A stretch of DNA of 64,000 bases from Patescibacteria group bacterium (lineage in GTDB: Bacteria; Patescibacteriota; Patescibacteriia; UBA9934): assembly GCA_041660165.1 (NCBI GenBank), contig JBAZWW010000003.1, positions 68,352-132,351 on the forward strand. The letters are read 5' to 3'. The notes beneath the pieces were generated by a model. The model was not told the origin of the DNA. It ran no database searches and saw only the letters and a list, made by a program, of their open reading frames with translations. Shown here in pieces: positions 31,539 through 41,203 of the stretch (the stretch's first letter is position 1; each line of letters begins with the position of its first letter). Both the position numbers and the translations under genes were made by a program.

Positions 31539-32177
31539 TTAGAGGCAGGATTGCCCGAGAGTAATCCAGAAGTGGTTGCCCGGGGCCTTGGGCTCGTAGT
31601 GGAGGTCCATTGTGCCCGTCATGGGCTGGGGCCGGCACTGGCGTCCCTGCAGGAGGTCGAACACGAAGTTCGTGTCCGCATTGAGCGCCTTCATGGGCAT
31701 CTTGGTGCCCTCCACCCACAAGGCGTCCACGTTCCACGTGGCGGAGGTCTCATAGACCGTGCCCTTCACCACAACCCGTCCATCGGTGACGCCGAGTTTG
31801 ACCCAGGCGTCCCCGAAGGGGAGGCAGGGAGCAGGCTCGCCGTCCGCGTTGATCACGGTGACGGAGGCGTATACGCCGCTGCGCGGATCGAGCCCGATGA
31901 CCACCGGCAGTGCTCCGCCCGTGATGTCCGGGGTGGTGCACGTACCGCGGTTGGGGTTCGTCACCTTGATGAGGCTGGTCAGCTTGTCACAGCCGTCCGG
32001 CCAATCAAGGAGGTAGACGCCCTCTTCGATGTTGTTGTGACCGCCTTCGCACTGCGGTTTCTTGAACCGCAGGTCCGTGTGCAGGTCGCTTGACCCGCGG
32101 TAGACGGCCACTTCCTTCGCGATGGCGGACGTGGTGACGGCCAGAACGGCGGCGACGATTCCAATGTAGCGGAACAT
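31539..32177 (-). CDS. Secreted hypothetical protein (GC-rich codon usage)
   Basis: GGAGG SD, signal peptide ending AIA, six Cys. Confidence 0.65.
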   Translation of the reverse strand: MFRYIGIVAAVLAVTTSAIAKEVAVYRGSSDLHTDLRFKKPQCEGGHNNIEEGVYLLDWPDGCDKLTSLIKVTNPNRGTCTTPDITGGALPVVIGLDPRSGVYASVTVINADGEPAPCLPFGDAWVKLGVTDGRVVVKGTVYETSATWNVDALWVEGTKMPMKALNADTNFVFDLLQGRQCRPQPMTGTMDLHYEPKAPGNHFWITLGQSCL

Positions 32178-32350
32178 GATGCCTCCAAGGGGTGCGGATT
32201 TCAGCGAGACATGACGGAGAGCTTATGGGCCTTCCGTCCTGTCTGCAGTAGATCCGGCCTCCCCTCAATGAAGAAGGGAGACACGGGAGCCTCGCGTGTG
32301 GGCTCATCGATGACGTACCGTAGGGACGAGGCTCGGCCTCGTCCTTGTCG

Positions 32351-33109
32351 TTACGGTTTTTCGGCCGGTGTGGGCGTGGCCAGGGTGGCCCCGATCTTGG
32401 CGGCGGCCGTCTGCACGTCCGCCACTGAGGACCCGAGGTCGGCCTGACCGAGCGCCTCTGCGTCGATCTTGGCCTGTTCCTCGGGCGTCACGGGTACGCC
32501 GTCGGGCTTGTCCGCTAGCGTGCCGGTGTCTGGGATGGTGCCGGTCTTGGGCGTACGGCCGTAGAGGTCTCCGCGGAAGTCTGCGATGACCCCGCTTCCG
32601 CCGTACCTGTAACCACCGGCGCCGAAGCTGGAACCACGGCCGTTGCTCGTGACCGCCGTCGCCAGCGCCACGTCCGTACCAACGGCGAACGTGTCGCCGC
32701 TGATGAACACGGGCCGGCCGGACGAGATCGCGCTCGTCACCGCCGAACTGCGCGTCTGCGCGTCCGTGAACGCGGGCAGGATCTGCACGCTGGCGATCGT
32801 GACGTTCGCGCTGGTCCGCGCGAGCTCCACGCGCTCGTCGCTCTGGATGCGGGCGAGGGCGATGGTCCGATCGGCGCACTGCGTGGCGAACTTGGTGCCG
32901 GCACGCGTGGTCGTGTGAGACGGCTCCAGCGTGACGCCGGCGCAGTCGCCGTAGAACGTCGCCCGGCCCACGTTCGGCCCGTTTTGCGGGTCGGCCGTGG
33001 TGGCGGTGCTGACCGGGCCCCAGTTCGGTGCCGGGGTGGCCGTGGCGTCCTGGGCCATGGCGGACCCGGAAGCCAGAGTGAAAAGAATCGAAACCAGATA
33101 CTTGCGCAT
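32351..33109 (-). CDS. Secreted hypothetical protein (GC-rich codon usage)
   Basis: GAGG SD, signal peptide ending AMA; hairpin after the stop at about 32322-32346. Confidence 0.65.
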   Translation of the reverse strand: MRKYLVSILFTLASGSAMAQDATATPAPNWGPVSTATTADPQNGPNVGRATFYGDCAGVTLEPSHTTTRAGTKFATQCADRTIALARIQSDERVELARTSANVTIASVQILPAFTDAQTRSSAVTSAISSGRPVFISGDTFAVGTDVALATAVTSNGRGSSFGAGGYRYGGSGVIADFRGDLYGRTPKTGTIPDTGTLADKPDGVPVTPEEQAKIDAEALGQADLGSSVADVQTAAAKIGATLATPTPAEKP

Positions 33110-33183
33110 GTTTACCTCGCGCTTGGGTGGTCGGTCCTAGGCTCAGCAATCGGACAGTCCGACGGCTTTGCCCAGACCCTTTA

Positions 33184-33272
33184 GAATAGCAAAAAAATGG
33201 GTTTTTGTCAATGTTTCAAAGAGGGTGTTTCTTGGCTAATCTATTGACATTTTTGAAAATTTGGGGTATTCT
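33184..33272. promoter_or_regulatory. Divergent sigma70-like promoter pair
   Basis: TTGACA...TATTCT on both strands within an AT-rich gap between GC-rich genes. Confidence 0.6.
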
Positions 33273-33338
33273 CTTTTGTCTTCCTCCCCGTGCTTGCACA
33301 AGGAGGAATGACCGTCTTGGTTAGGAATACCGTTCAAC

Positions 33339-35129
33339 ATGGGGCAACGGCAAAGCCGATCCCCGGAGGAAATGATCATGCGTCGTACCCGAAATGCCGG
33401 TACCCCGGCTCTCACTCCCGGTCAGGAGCGTGCTTCTGACCTGTGGGATCGAATCGTTGATCTGCGGTTCCTCCCGGGCCGTACGATCCGCGGTCGCGCG
33501 CCGGTTCGCGGTCCGGAGATCGTGGATCGCCCGACAGAGATCCAGGTGCTCAACTGGATCATGCTCAACTGGCTCCCTGGCAATCAGGGGGTCTTGAGCC
33601 TGCTCCCGGACATGACGGTGCCGGATGCGGGAGTGGGGAATTTCGACGTGGATACTCTGTTCCGCGTGCGCGACCCTGATCCCGTTCCACCCGCCGTGGA
33701 CACTCGGCCCACCCCCGCAGAGCGCGAAGCCGCCACCCAGGCGATTTACGCACTGCTGGACGGTCCGTTTGCCCCGTTCGAGCAGGCACTCCGCGCAGGC
33801 GGAACCCCGGCCATCCCGTGGTGGCTTCGGCCCTGGTTCGAAGGTCTGGACTTCGTGGATGACCACCTGACTGTGGCCAGCCAGGCGTTCTTGCCCCAAT
33901 GGAGGCTGGTTCTCGGGGCTCTTCGCGGAGTGGGCGGATTCGCGGGCATGTTCACGCTCGGGTTCGTTGGAGCCACGCTGGCCGTTCTCTGTGCGGGGAT
34001 GCCGTTCGTGGCCTTCATCTTGTTCCTGGGCGTGCTCTTCCTCGGTCGGCGCGCTCTCGGCCGGATCTGGGGATGGATCACGGGCGCTGCGGATTGGATC
34101 GTGGAACAGCCGGCGCGTATCTGGAACGCCATGTTCCCCGCGCTCGTGACGTCCCTGACACCGCCTCCCAGGCCTCCGACCGACCCCAACTTCGTGGAGG
34201 GCGTGTCGGATCTGTCGCCCATCGAGCGTCGTGTCATCGGGCGTCGGAACGCATGGGGTGTGGTGGCTGCCGTTATCTTCGGCGGTATCCCGTTCGCCTA
34301 CGGCATCATCATGTCCACGATCGGCCTGTACCACATCTACGAGCCGATCGCGGCTGGTGCCGTGAACCCTGTGTTTGAAGGCCTTGGCAACGGGGCATTC
34401 AACCCGGCATCGTTCAACCTGAACTACTATATGTTCATGGTTGAAATCTCCCGGTACATCCTGATGATTACGGAAGTCATTACGATGAGTGCCTGGGGGG
34501 TTCCGCGTATCCGTGAGTTCGACAACAACCTCGCTGACGGCACCGTGGTGGCTCATCCGACGGATTTCCGTCGCTTGATCGAGCGGTTTGGTCTTCTCAT
34601 GGTGTGGTTCCGCCTGGGTGCGTCCGGTCGATTCCGTCCGCACTTCATCACGATCTGCATCATCGTCGACTCCATCGCTGTTCTGCTGAATGGGTACGTA
34701 TACCCTATTCATCACACGGCTCAGGGGTGGGCCTGGTCCTCGACGTTGTTGACTTGGTGGTTGATCCTCATCATTAACGTGGGCATTCGCTTCGGCGGGT
34801 GGTTCAACTTCAATGATCGGGAGAAGCTCGTCAAGTCGCTTACGGGGTACCTGTTCACTGGCCTGGGTGCTCCGCTCGCCGTCATGCTGGTCATGGGGTT
34901 CCTTCCCCCCCGGCACGGTGATGACGTGATGACGCTGGCGCAGACGGCCGGTGGCAACGCGATGGTTGCCGCTAGCAACTACGTGGGCCCGGCAAAGCTC
35001 GATCGCCCGCCCGTCCTTCCGCGCCCCGAGTGCGCGAATGCGAAGGCCAAGGTGGCCGTGCTCGAAGCCAAGATCCCTGGCATCTGCCTGCGGAACCCCG
35101 GAAAGGTTCCCTGTAGCTGCCCGAAGTAG
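33339..35129 (+). CDS. Multi-pass membrane hypothetical protein (GC-rich codon usage)
   Basis: 596 aa, about 7-8 hydrophobic segments, Cys-rich C-terminus; the true start may be 33372 or 33378, after GGAGG. Confidence 0.65.
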   Translation: MGQRQSRSPEEMIMRRTRNAGTPALTPGQERASDLWDRIVDLRFLPGRTIRGRAPVRGPEIVDRPTEIQVLNWIMLNWLPGNQGVLSLLPDMTVPDAGVGNFDVDTLFRVRDPDPVPPAVDTRPTPAEREAATQAIYALLDGPFAPFEQALRAGGTPAIPWWLRPWFEGLDFVDDHLTVASQAFLPQWRLVLGALRGVGGFAGMFTLGFVGATLAVLCAGMPFVAFILFLGVLFLGRRALGRIWGWITGAADWIVEQPARIWNAMFPALVTSLTPPPRPPTDPNFVEGVSDLSPIERRVIGRRNAWGVVAAVIFGGIPFAYGIIMSTIGLYHIYEPIAAGAVNPVFEGLGNGAFNPASFNLNYYMFMVEISRYILMITEVITMSAWGVPRIREFDNNLADGTVVAHPTDFRRLIERFGLLMVWFRLGASGRFRPHFITICIIVDSIAVLLNGYVYPIHHTAQGWAWSSTLLTWWLILIINVGIRFGGWFNFNDREKLVKSLTGYLFTGLGAPLAVMLVMGFLPPRHGDDVMTLAQTAGGNAMVAASNYVGPAKLDRPPVLPRPECANAKAKVAVLEAKIPGICLRNPGKVPCSCPK

Positions 35130-35244
35130 GTCCTGCCCGTAGGGGAAACGGGAAGGGCCTCGCAACGGCCGGATGACATGAGCAGAAATGCTTATGACAA
35201 CCGGTCGTTTTCTAATTTAGAGAGAGGTGGGTTATACTTTCCCC

Positions 35245-36675
35245 ATGTCTTCAGCCCTCGCCAAAAACTCAGCTTTACAGGTAGGGGGAAAGCTTCTCGG
35301 CACCCTTTTTGGCCTAGTGACTTTTTATTTACTTCTTCAGTATTTCGGAACTGCAGGCTACGGGCTGATCACGACAGCCATCACCTACGTGACAATTTTT
35401 GGCGTAATTGTTGATTTTGGCCTGACGCTCACTACCACGCAGATGATTTCTGAGCACGGGGCCAATGAGGAAAAGATTTTGGGGAACTTGCTGGCGCTTC
35501 GCGTGCTTACGGCATTGGTCTTTCTTTCTATCGCCCCAATTTCCGCCATCTTTGTTCCCGGCGTGAAGGACGTCCTTGTCCTAGTCTCAATTATTACGGC
35601 TACCACGTTCTTCGCTTCCGTGGCGCAGACATTCATTGGCGTTTTTCAGAAGCGCCTCGCCCTTGGCATCCCTGTTCTTGGAGAAATGCTGAACCGCTTG
35701 GTGGCGCTTGTCCTTATCATTCTAGTTGGTACCGCACATTTAGGGCTGGCCGCTTCGGCGGTTGCCTTTACCATTGGCAATTTTGTACAGTTTGCGCTCA
35801 TGCTTCTTGGCACGGCCCGTTACGTGAAACTTCGTCCCCGGCTGGAATGGAAAGTATGGCGAGAGATAATCGTGCGGAGCTGGCCGATTGGCGTGTCTAT
35901 TTTCTTTAACCTTTTGTACTTGAAGGGCGATATTTTGTTCATGGCTTTTTTCCACCGGAGTTTCACGGAAATTGGCCAGTACGGTTCTGCATATAAGGTG
36001 GTGGATGTAATGACCATGATTCCTGTGACGTTTATGGGTCTCATGCTCCCGCTTCTCTCCGTTGCCTGGAGCGAGAAGAACCGAGAGAAATTCGATCGTC
36101 ATTTACAACAGACGTTTGATATCTTTGCCATGATCGCTATTCCGTTTGCGGTCGGCTCTATTCTCCTTGGCGTACCGGTTATGACCGCCGTGAAGCCTGA
36201 TCTTATTCTGGCCGGCCAAGTGCTGAGCGTGCTTGGCCCCGCCTCCGCCGTAGTGTTTTTCAATTCGCTCTACGGCCACGCGGTAGTGGCTGTGAAGCGC
36301 CAGCGTGTTATGCTATTAGGCTACTGTTTTGTGGCCGTGGTTGCCATTTTGGGCTACGTTCTTTACATTCCTCTTTACGGCGCCTGGGCCGCCGCCTGGG
36401 TAACGCTTATTTCAGAGTCATTGATTGGCCTGTGTTCATTTGCTGTCGTTGCTTCCGCTACTAGGCGCTGGCCTAACCTTCTCTCTCTTGGCCGAGCATT
36501 GATCGCTACGGCAGTCATGTCCGCCTCGATTCTCCTCATTCCTGGTCTTCCTATTCTGGTCGAGCTACCACTCGCTATCATGGTGTACGCTCTCGCCCTC
36601 GTGGCTCTTGGGGGTCCAAAACCCAAGCACGTGATGGCCCTGTTTATGCCTGATAAGCCATCCGTCGAGGTTTGA
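35245..36675 (+). CDS. Wzx-type oligosaccharide flippase
   Basis: About 13-14 TM; DFGL, GQYGSAYK, IPLYGAWAAAW; start moved to MSSALAKN. Confidence 0.88.
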   Translation: MSSALAKNSALQVGGKLLGTLFGLVTFYLLLQYFGTAGYGLITTAITYVTIFGVIVDFGLTLTTTQMISEHGANEEKILGNLLALRVLTALVFLSIAPISAIFVPGVKDVLVLVSIITATTFFASVAQTFIGVFQKRLALGIPVLGEMLNRLVALVLIILVGTAHLGLAASAVAFTIGNFVQFALMLLGTARYVKLRPRLEWKVWREIIVRSWPIGVSIFFNLLYLKGDILFMAFFHRSFTEIGQYGSAYKVVDVMTMIPVTFMGLMLPLLSVAWSEKNREKFDRHLQQTFDIFAMIAIPFAVGSILLGVPVMTAVKPDLILAGQVLSVLGPASAVVFFNSLYGHAVVAVKRQRVMLLGYCFVAVVAILGYVLYIPLYGAWAAAWVTLISESLIGLCSFAVVASATRRWPNLLSLGRALIATAVMSASILLIPGLPILVELPLAIMVYALALVALGGPKPKHVMALFMPDKPSVEV

Positions 36676-36683
36676 GTGTCCGG

Positions 36684-36805
36684 TCCTACTCCGACGACAG
36701 GAGGAGTAGCCTTGGATGCCATTGGATAAGGATTCTGACAAATTACAGTAAGCCAATTCTATCCCTCGCTTTGCTCGGGATGGGATCCATCGGCTCGGGG
36801 TGGGA
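36684..36805. repeat. Degenerate family E hairpin repeat
   Basis: TCCTACTCCGA..GAGGAGTAG left arm; CTATCCCTCGCTTTGCTCGGGATGGGA and GCTCGGGGTGGGA right arms. Confidence 0.55.
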
Positions 36806-36822
36806 AGTTAGAAATACACGCT

Positions 36823-38031
36823 ATGCCGAAGTTCAAAGACTTTCTCATTCTTCTCTTGGCCGTTTTGCCAACTTATCTTTTGCGTTTTCATCTTGGGCCG
36901 GTGCCAACTACTGTGCTCGAAATATATATATTGTTGATTATTGGGTACTGGTTTATTTTTGAGCAGGGTTATCGGTTAGATTTCTTGCGAACAATGGGCG
37001 CGTACCGGGTGCCATTCCTACTTCTCCTCGCTACTTCATGTTTTGCCGTGGCCGTGGCGCCGGATCCGATCTCGGCACTCGGCACCTGGAAGGCATTTTA
37101 TGTCGAGCCGATTTTGTTGTTTTTCGTTTTTCGTTCAACGTTCCTCGCGCGCGAGGATTGGACGCTCGCCCTTGGCGCTCTTGGCATCTCGGTGATTTCT
37201 ATTTCGATCTTTGCCGTTTTCCAACGAGTGACGGGCCTCGGCATTCCGGTGCCATGGGATATCGAGCTTCGAGCAACCTCGATCTTTGATTTCCCGAACG
37301 CCGTTGGCTTATTTGTCGGTCCGGCGGTTGCCGTGTTTGTCGTGCTCGCTGTAGACAAGGCTCGAGCACTCCGGGAACGAGTATTTTTCGGCATCTCAGC
37401 CATGTTCGGTGTCATCGCGATTGTTCTCTCGCAAACCGAGGCGCTATTCATTGCCTTGCCGGTAGCGTTTCTGTTCTCGCTTTTGCTGTCGAGCGCCCCG
37501 AAGAAGCTCAAGCTCGGCATCATTGGCGCGAGCATTTTCCTTGGCGTCATCGCCTTTGCGGGCAGTTCGACCGTTCGTGAGAAGCTGCTGCTTGAAGACC
37601 TTTCCGGTCAGGTTCGCCGTTCACAGTGGACGGAAACACTCGCCCTTCTAAAAGATCATCCCATTTTTGGCGCTGGCCTCCAGGGCTATCCCGCTGTTTT
37701 TGCTAAGTACCATGACCCGCGTCTGTACGAAATCTTCCAGTACCCGCATAACATTTTGCTGAATTTTTGGGTTGAGCTTGGCTTCCTTGGCGTGATCACG
37801 CTCGTTGTTTTCATTCTTTCAGTTCTTCAGGTGACATATATGCGCCGGACAGACATTTTTAGCCTCGTAGCCTTTGCCGGACTCGCCACCATGTGTATCC
37901 ACGGTCTGGTTGATGTGCCATTTTTCAAGAATGATCTGGCGGTACTGACGGTGTTCTTGTTGGCCCTGAGCTCGACCTCCTCTGGCTCCTCCTTGGAAAG
38001 GAGGAGGATCACTTATGACCCTGATCTATAA
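36823..38031 (+). CDS. O-antigen ligase (Wzy_C) family protein
   Basis: Multi-TM; RATSIF..PN, HPIFGAG, YPHN..L..WVELG..G, HGLVD. Confidence 0.88.
   Translation: MPKFKDFLILLLAVLPTYLLRFHLGPVPTTVLEIYILLIIGYWFIFEQGYRLDFLRTMGAYRVPFLLLLATSCFAVAVAPDPISALGTWKAFYVEPILLFFVFRSTFLAREDWTLALGALGISVISISIFAVFQRVTGLGIPVPWDIELRATSIFDFPNAVGLFVGPAVAVFVVLAVDKARALRERVFFGISAMFGVIAIVLSQTEALFIALPVAFLFSLLLSSAPKKLKLGIIGASIFLGVIAFAGSSTVREKLLLEDLSGQVRRSQWTETLALLKDHPIFGAGLQGYPAVFAKYHDPRLYEIFQYPHNILLNFWVELGFLGVITLVVFILSVLQVTYMRRTDIFSLVAFAGLATMCIHGLVDVPFFKNDLAVLTVFLLALSSTSSGSSLERRRITYDPDL
37975..38012 (-). repeat. Left flanking hairpin repeat of DUF559 gene 1 (family A)
   Basis: ACCTCCTCTGGCTCCTCCTT-GGA-AAGGAGGAG; inverted relative to 38382-38417. 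Confidence 0.75.
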
Positions 38032-38410
38032 CCCATCATGGAGCATTGAACGGAGAAAGGAGCTTCGGATGAGAGCAACATTCGCTGAAATTGTGCTTTG
38101 GAATCTTTTGAGAAATAGGCAACTCATGAATGTGAAGTTTCGTCGGCAGTATGGTGTAGACGGGTACATTGTCGATTTTTATGCTGCCCAATTGAAATTT
38201 GCAATTGAGCTTGATGGGGCCGTTCACGATACTGAAGAGGCAAGAAGATACGACCAAATTAGAGACGAGCACTTGAGGGGAATCGGCATCGAAATACTAC
38301 GATTACGAAACGAGGAGGTTGTACTGGGGCAGGAGTCAGCTCTCAAGCGAATCACTGAAGCGATGCGCTCTCGTCAGGCGCGTTACCCCTCCTTACCAAG
38401 GAGGGGATAG
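38015..38410 (+). CDS. DUF559 (Vsr-like) endonuclease domain protein
   Basis: LR...T.AE..LW..LR...KFRRQY...YIVDFY...IELDG..H...YD..RD..L..G..ILR. Confidence 0.9.
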   Translation: MTLIYNPSWSIERRKELRMRATFAEIVLWNLLRNRQLMNVKFRRQYGVDGYIVDFYAAQLKFAIELDGAVHDTEEARRYDQIRDEHLRGIGIEILRLRNEEVVLGQESALKRITEAMRSRQARYPSLPRRG

Positions 38411-38417
38411 GGGAGGT
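38382..38417 (+). repeat. Right flanking hairpin repeat of DUF559 gene 1 (family A)
   Basis: CCCCTCCTT-ACC-AAGGAGGGG-ATAGGGGAGGT; contains the stop codon of the gene. Confidence 0.75.
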
Positions 38418-38433
38418 ATAATCACCTCACACT

Positions 38434-40320
38434 ATGCTCCCTCTTCTCAAACGCGCCTTTTCAGGTTTTCTTTTGCTGGTCACGCTCCTTCTTGGCGTCC
38501 CTTTTACGGCTTTTGCCTCGAGTATTCCTTATTCAGCTCTACGCATAACCACCACCGGCGGGGGGAATATCACTTTGGCGCCGGGGGAGGTGAAGAATAT
38601 TGCCGTTTCTTTTCAAAACAAGGGTTCGCAGACGTGGAAAAATGATGGCAACGGCTACATTTCGCTTTATACCTACGGCCCAAAGTACCGGGCGAGTGTT
38701 TTTGACCCAGGTACCTGGCTCACGCCCTCGCAGGTGAAGCGGATGGGGGAGGAAGGCGTGAAGCCCGGCGCCACGGGCACATTTTTGTTCAGCTTGAAAG
38801 CGCCAAAGACCCTTGGCACATACAAAGAAACTTTCGCCCTGGCGTCTGAGAATATCAATTGGGTTACGGGAGGTGACTTCACTTTGAATATCACCGTGCA
38901 AGCGTCGAGTACTGCCAATGCGCCAGCTGTAGACCCCCGCCCGGACGATCCGGTCGGACGGGCTTCCTCACGTCAGGGTCTGGTTCCCGTTTCCACCGTC
39001 GCTCCCGATGCCTCTATTGGCTACTCAGCCAGTCTGGTCACCCAAACCGCTTCCAAAATGAAGGTCCTGGCTAAGAAAACAATCTCATTTTCGGCCGTTA
39101 TTCAGAACACGGGAACAAAGACATGGAAGAACATTGGGCTCTCGTCTTCAGCCATGAACATTGCTTCTGGGTCGAGTGATTTTAGGAACAGCACATGGTC
39201 TGGCAATCAGGTTGCCCTCCTCTCGCAAACAGTGAAGCCTGGCGCTACGGCCACGGTTCAGTTTTTCTTCACCTCGCCCAGCGTCAACGGAACACATACC
39301 GCGAAGTTTCAGATTACTGCAGACGGCATCAGTATTCCTGACAGCTTCGTGACCATTCCCGTTGAAGTAACCGGCGGATCGGCTGAAGCACTCGACGCCC
39401 CATTAGAAAGCGGGGTTTCCAACCCCTCCTCCGTGCCGGCCGCACTGATAACTGAACCAACTATCCGCGTGGGCGTGTTGATTGTGGACGAGGAGACAAA
39501 AGACGAGGCGGTCATCACCTCATTTGAAAGCGATTTTGATTTAATTGATACAGATGGCACGATCCTTGGTTCTTATCCAAGAGGGAAAGAGATCCGGACG
39601 GCATGGGATGGAGCGAATTATCTCTATAACGACGGTGCACACAAAAAGTCCTCGAAACCGCTCCGTTTCGTTCCAAAGACGCCAAACGCAGTCATGACCA
39701 TTACAAATTTTGATCGTCGGCTCACTCGCGGAACCTCGTTCGCAAACAACACTTTTAGAAACGTACTCGAACTCCGCTACAACACGCCGAATAATCGCAC
39801 TTGGGTTATAAATGAACTCCCGCTCGAATATTATTTACGAGGATTGGCTGAAACGTCTGATTCCTCGCCCGTTGAATTTCAGAAAGCGTTGTTAACCGCG
39901 GCCAGGACATACGCTTTTTATCACTGGACGCACAGCACTAAGCACAGAGCCGAAGGATTCCACGTAGACGCTTACCAAGACCAGGTGTACTGGGGCTATG
40001 ACCAGGAGGCCAGGACTCCGCGTATTACCGGAGGCGTGCAGGCCACGCGCGGTCAGATTGTCACGTACAACGGTGATACCGCCGTCACCTCATTCTTTTC
40101 TCGCTCGGATGGCAGAACTCGCAACTGGTCAGAAGTTTGGGGCGGAAACGTTCCGTATGCCAAATCCGTCCCCGTGCCGTGTGACGTTGGCAAGACTTTG
40201 TGGGGCCACGGCGTAGGCATGTCCGCTTCCGGCGCTCTCTGCATGGCCAAAGACGGTCAGGATTGGCAATCCATTCTCAAATATTTCTACACCGGCGTTG
40301 ATATTTCACAACGCTGGTAA
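38434..40320 (+). CDS. SpoIID/LytB-domain protein with two Ig-like (NBR1-like) domains
   Basis: Two N.G..TW...VKPG.T..F.F domains; INELPLEYYLRG.AE, AARTYA, DQVY, GHGVGMS, IL.YFYTG. Confidence 0.88.
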   Translation: MLPLLKRAFSGFLLLVTLLLGVPFTAFASSIPYSALRITTTGGGNITLAPGEVKNIAVSFQNKGSQTWKNDGNGYISLYTYGPKYRASVFDPGTWLTPSQVKRMGEEGVKPGATGTFLFSLKAPKTLGTYKETFALASENINWVTGGDFTLNITVQASSTANAPAVDPRPDDPVGRASSRQGLVPVSTVAPDASIGYSASLVTQTASKMKVLAKKTISFSAVIQNTGTKTWKNIGLSSSAMNIASGSSDFRNSTWSGNQVALLSQTVKPGATATVQFFFTSPSVNGTHTAKFQITADGISIPDSFVTIPVEVTGGSAEALDAPLESGVSNPSSVPAALITEPTIRVGVLIVDEETKDEAVITSFESDFDLIDTDGTILGSYPRGKEIRTAWDGANYLYNDGAHKKSSKPLRFVPKTPNAVMTITNFDRRLTRGTSFANNTFRNVLELRYNTPNNRTWVINELPLEYYLRGLAETSDSSPVEFQKALLTAARTYAFYHWTHSTKHRAEGFHVDAYQDQVYWGYDQEARTPRITGGVQATRGQIVTYNGDTAVTSFFSRSDGRTRNWSEVWGGNVPYAKSVPVPCDVGKTLWGHGVGMSASGALCMAKDGQDWQSILKYFYTGVDISQRW

Positions 40321-40334
40321 GGAAAAATAAATCC

Positions 40335-40916
40335 TTACTTCTCAACCACCAGTCCCGTACTGTCATCTACCTTGTCGCTGTGCCCATGATGGAGCTTGCA
40401 GGCTTCGACTAGTTTGCTGATAGTTATCTTCACGTCATCAGGATTGTCGATATTTTTGAATTGGAATCTATCCTTGGCCGCTGCGGTTTGGATAAAGACA
40501 TCGCCAAAGGTGAGGAATGTGGCCAGGAATCCTTTCATCTCGCTTGTAATGTCCTGGATTTGCCGTAAGTGGAGCTCTGACACTACTCGATTAAACAAGC
40601 CCTTTTGTTCAATGTCTATAACGCGTTCGCTCGTTACAATCCAGACGTCCAGCCAGTAATCTGTGATGGCGGTAATGGTGAGCACAAACACCAGTAGGAA
40701 ATAGGCGCTGAAAACTACGGCGGAAATCGGACCAGTGGCCGGGTCATTGAAAATATCAACCTTGGTAAGGTTGAAATAGATAAGGATGACTACGGGAACA
40801 ATGAGAAGCATGCCTGTAAAGATGAGCAGGCGGACCACATCAATCCAGTGCCGGCGCAACACTAAGACCACTTTTTCCTCTGGCTCGCTGTTGGGGAGTT
40901 CAGTAAGGCGCATCAT
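40335..40916 (-). CDS. Membrane protein with a bacterial PH domain
   Basis: Two TM; WIVTSERVIDIEQKGLF...IQD...FG D V.IQTA. Confidence 0.82.
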   Translation of the reverse strand: MMRLTELPNSEPEEKVVLVLRRHWIDVVRLLIFTGMLLIVPVVILIYFNLTKVDIFNDPATGPISAVVFSAYFLLVFVLTITAITDYWLDVWIVTSERVIDIEQKGLFNRVVSELHLRQIQDITSEMKGFLATFLTFGDVFIQTAAAKDRFQFKNIDNPDDVKITISKLVEACKLHHGHSDKVDDSTGLVVEK

Positions 40917-41185
40917 AGGCCGTATTGGCTAGTATTTGTGCCGGTGTTTACGTGGATAACGGCCAGCGGATCCACTCTCACGCTCCAGTCATAGCGCGAA
41001 AGAAGACCCATACTCATGCCAAAGATGATAAAAAACCCGCCTACATAAAGGGCGAGTATGGCGTACGCTTTTCCGGAATCAATGCTGAACTTCTGGATGT
41101 GATAAACATTAAAAAACAGAAACAGTCCCGCAAAAAGCACCACGCCCAAAAACGGTAGGAGAATGTACCAGACGGGAAAGGTCAT
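40913..41185 (-). CDS. Small membrane protein
   Basis: 90 aa, two TM, overlaps the next gene by 4 nt. Confidence 0.65.
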   Translation of the reverse strand: MTFPVWYILLPFLGVVLFAGLFLFFNVYHIQKFSIDSGKAYAILALYVGGFFIIFGMSMGLLSRYDWSVRVDPLAVIHVNTGTNTSQYGL

Positions 41186-41203
41186 ATCGGGATTATTGTA
41201 ACA

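Noticed and set aside
32304-33149. 281-aa alternative-frame ORF
   Set aside because: Arg/His-rich off-frame reading of the 32351-33109 gene.
33321-35165. 614-aa antisense ORF
   Set aside because: Shadow of the GC-rich plus-strand gene; R/H/P-rich with no motifs, while the plus strand has the promoter, SD and TM pattern.
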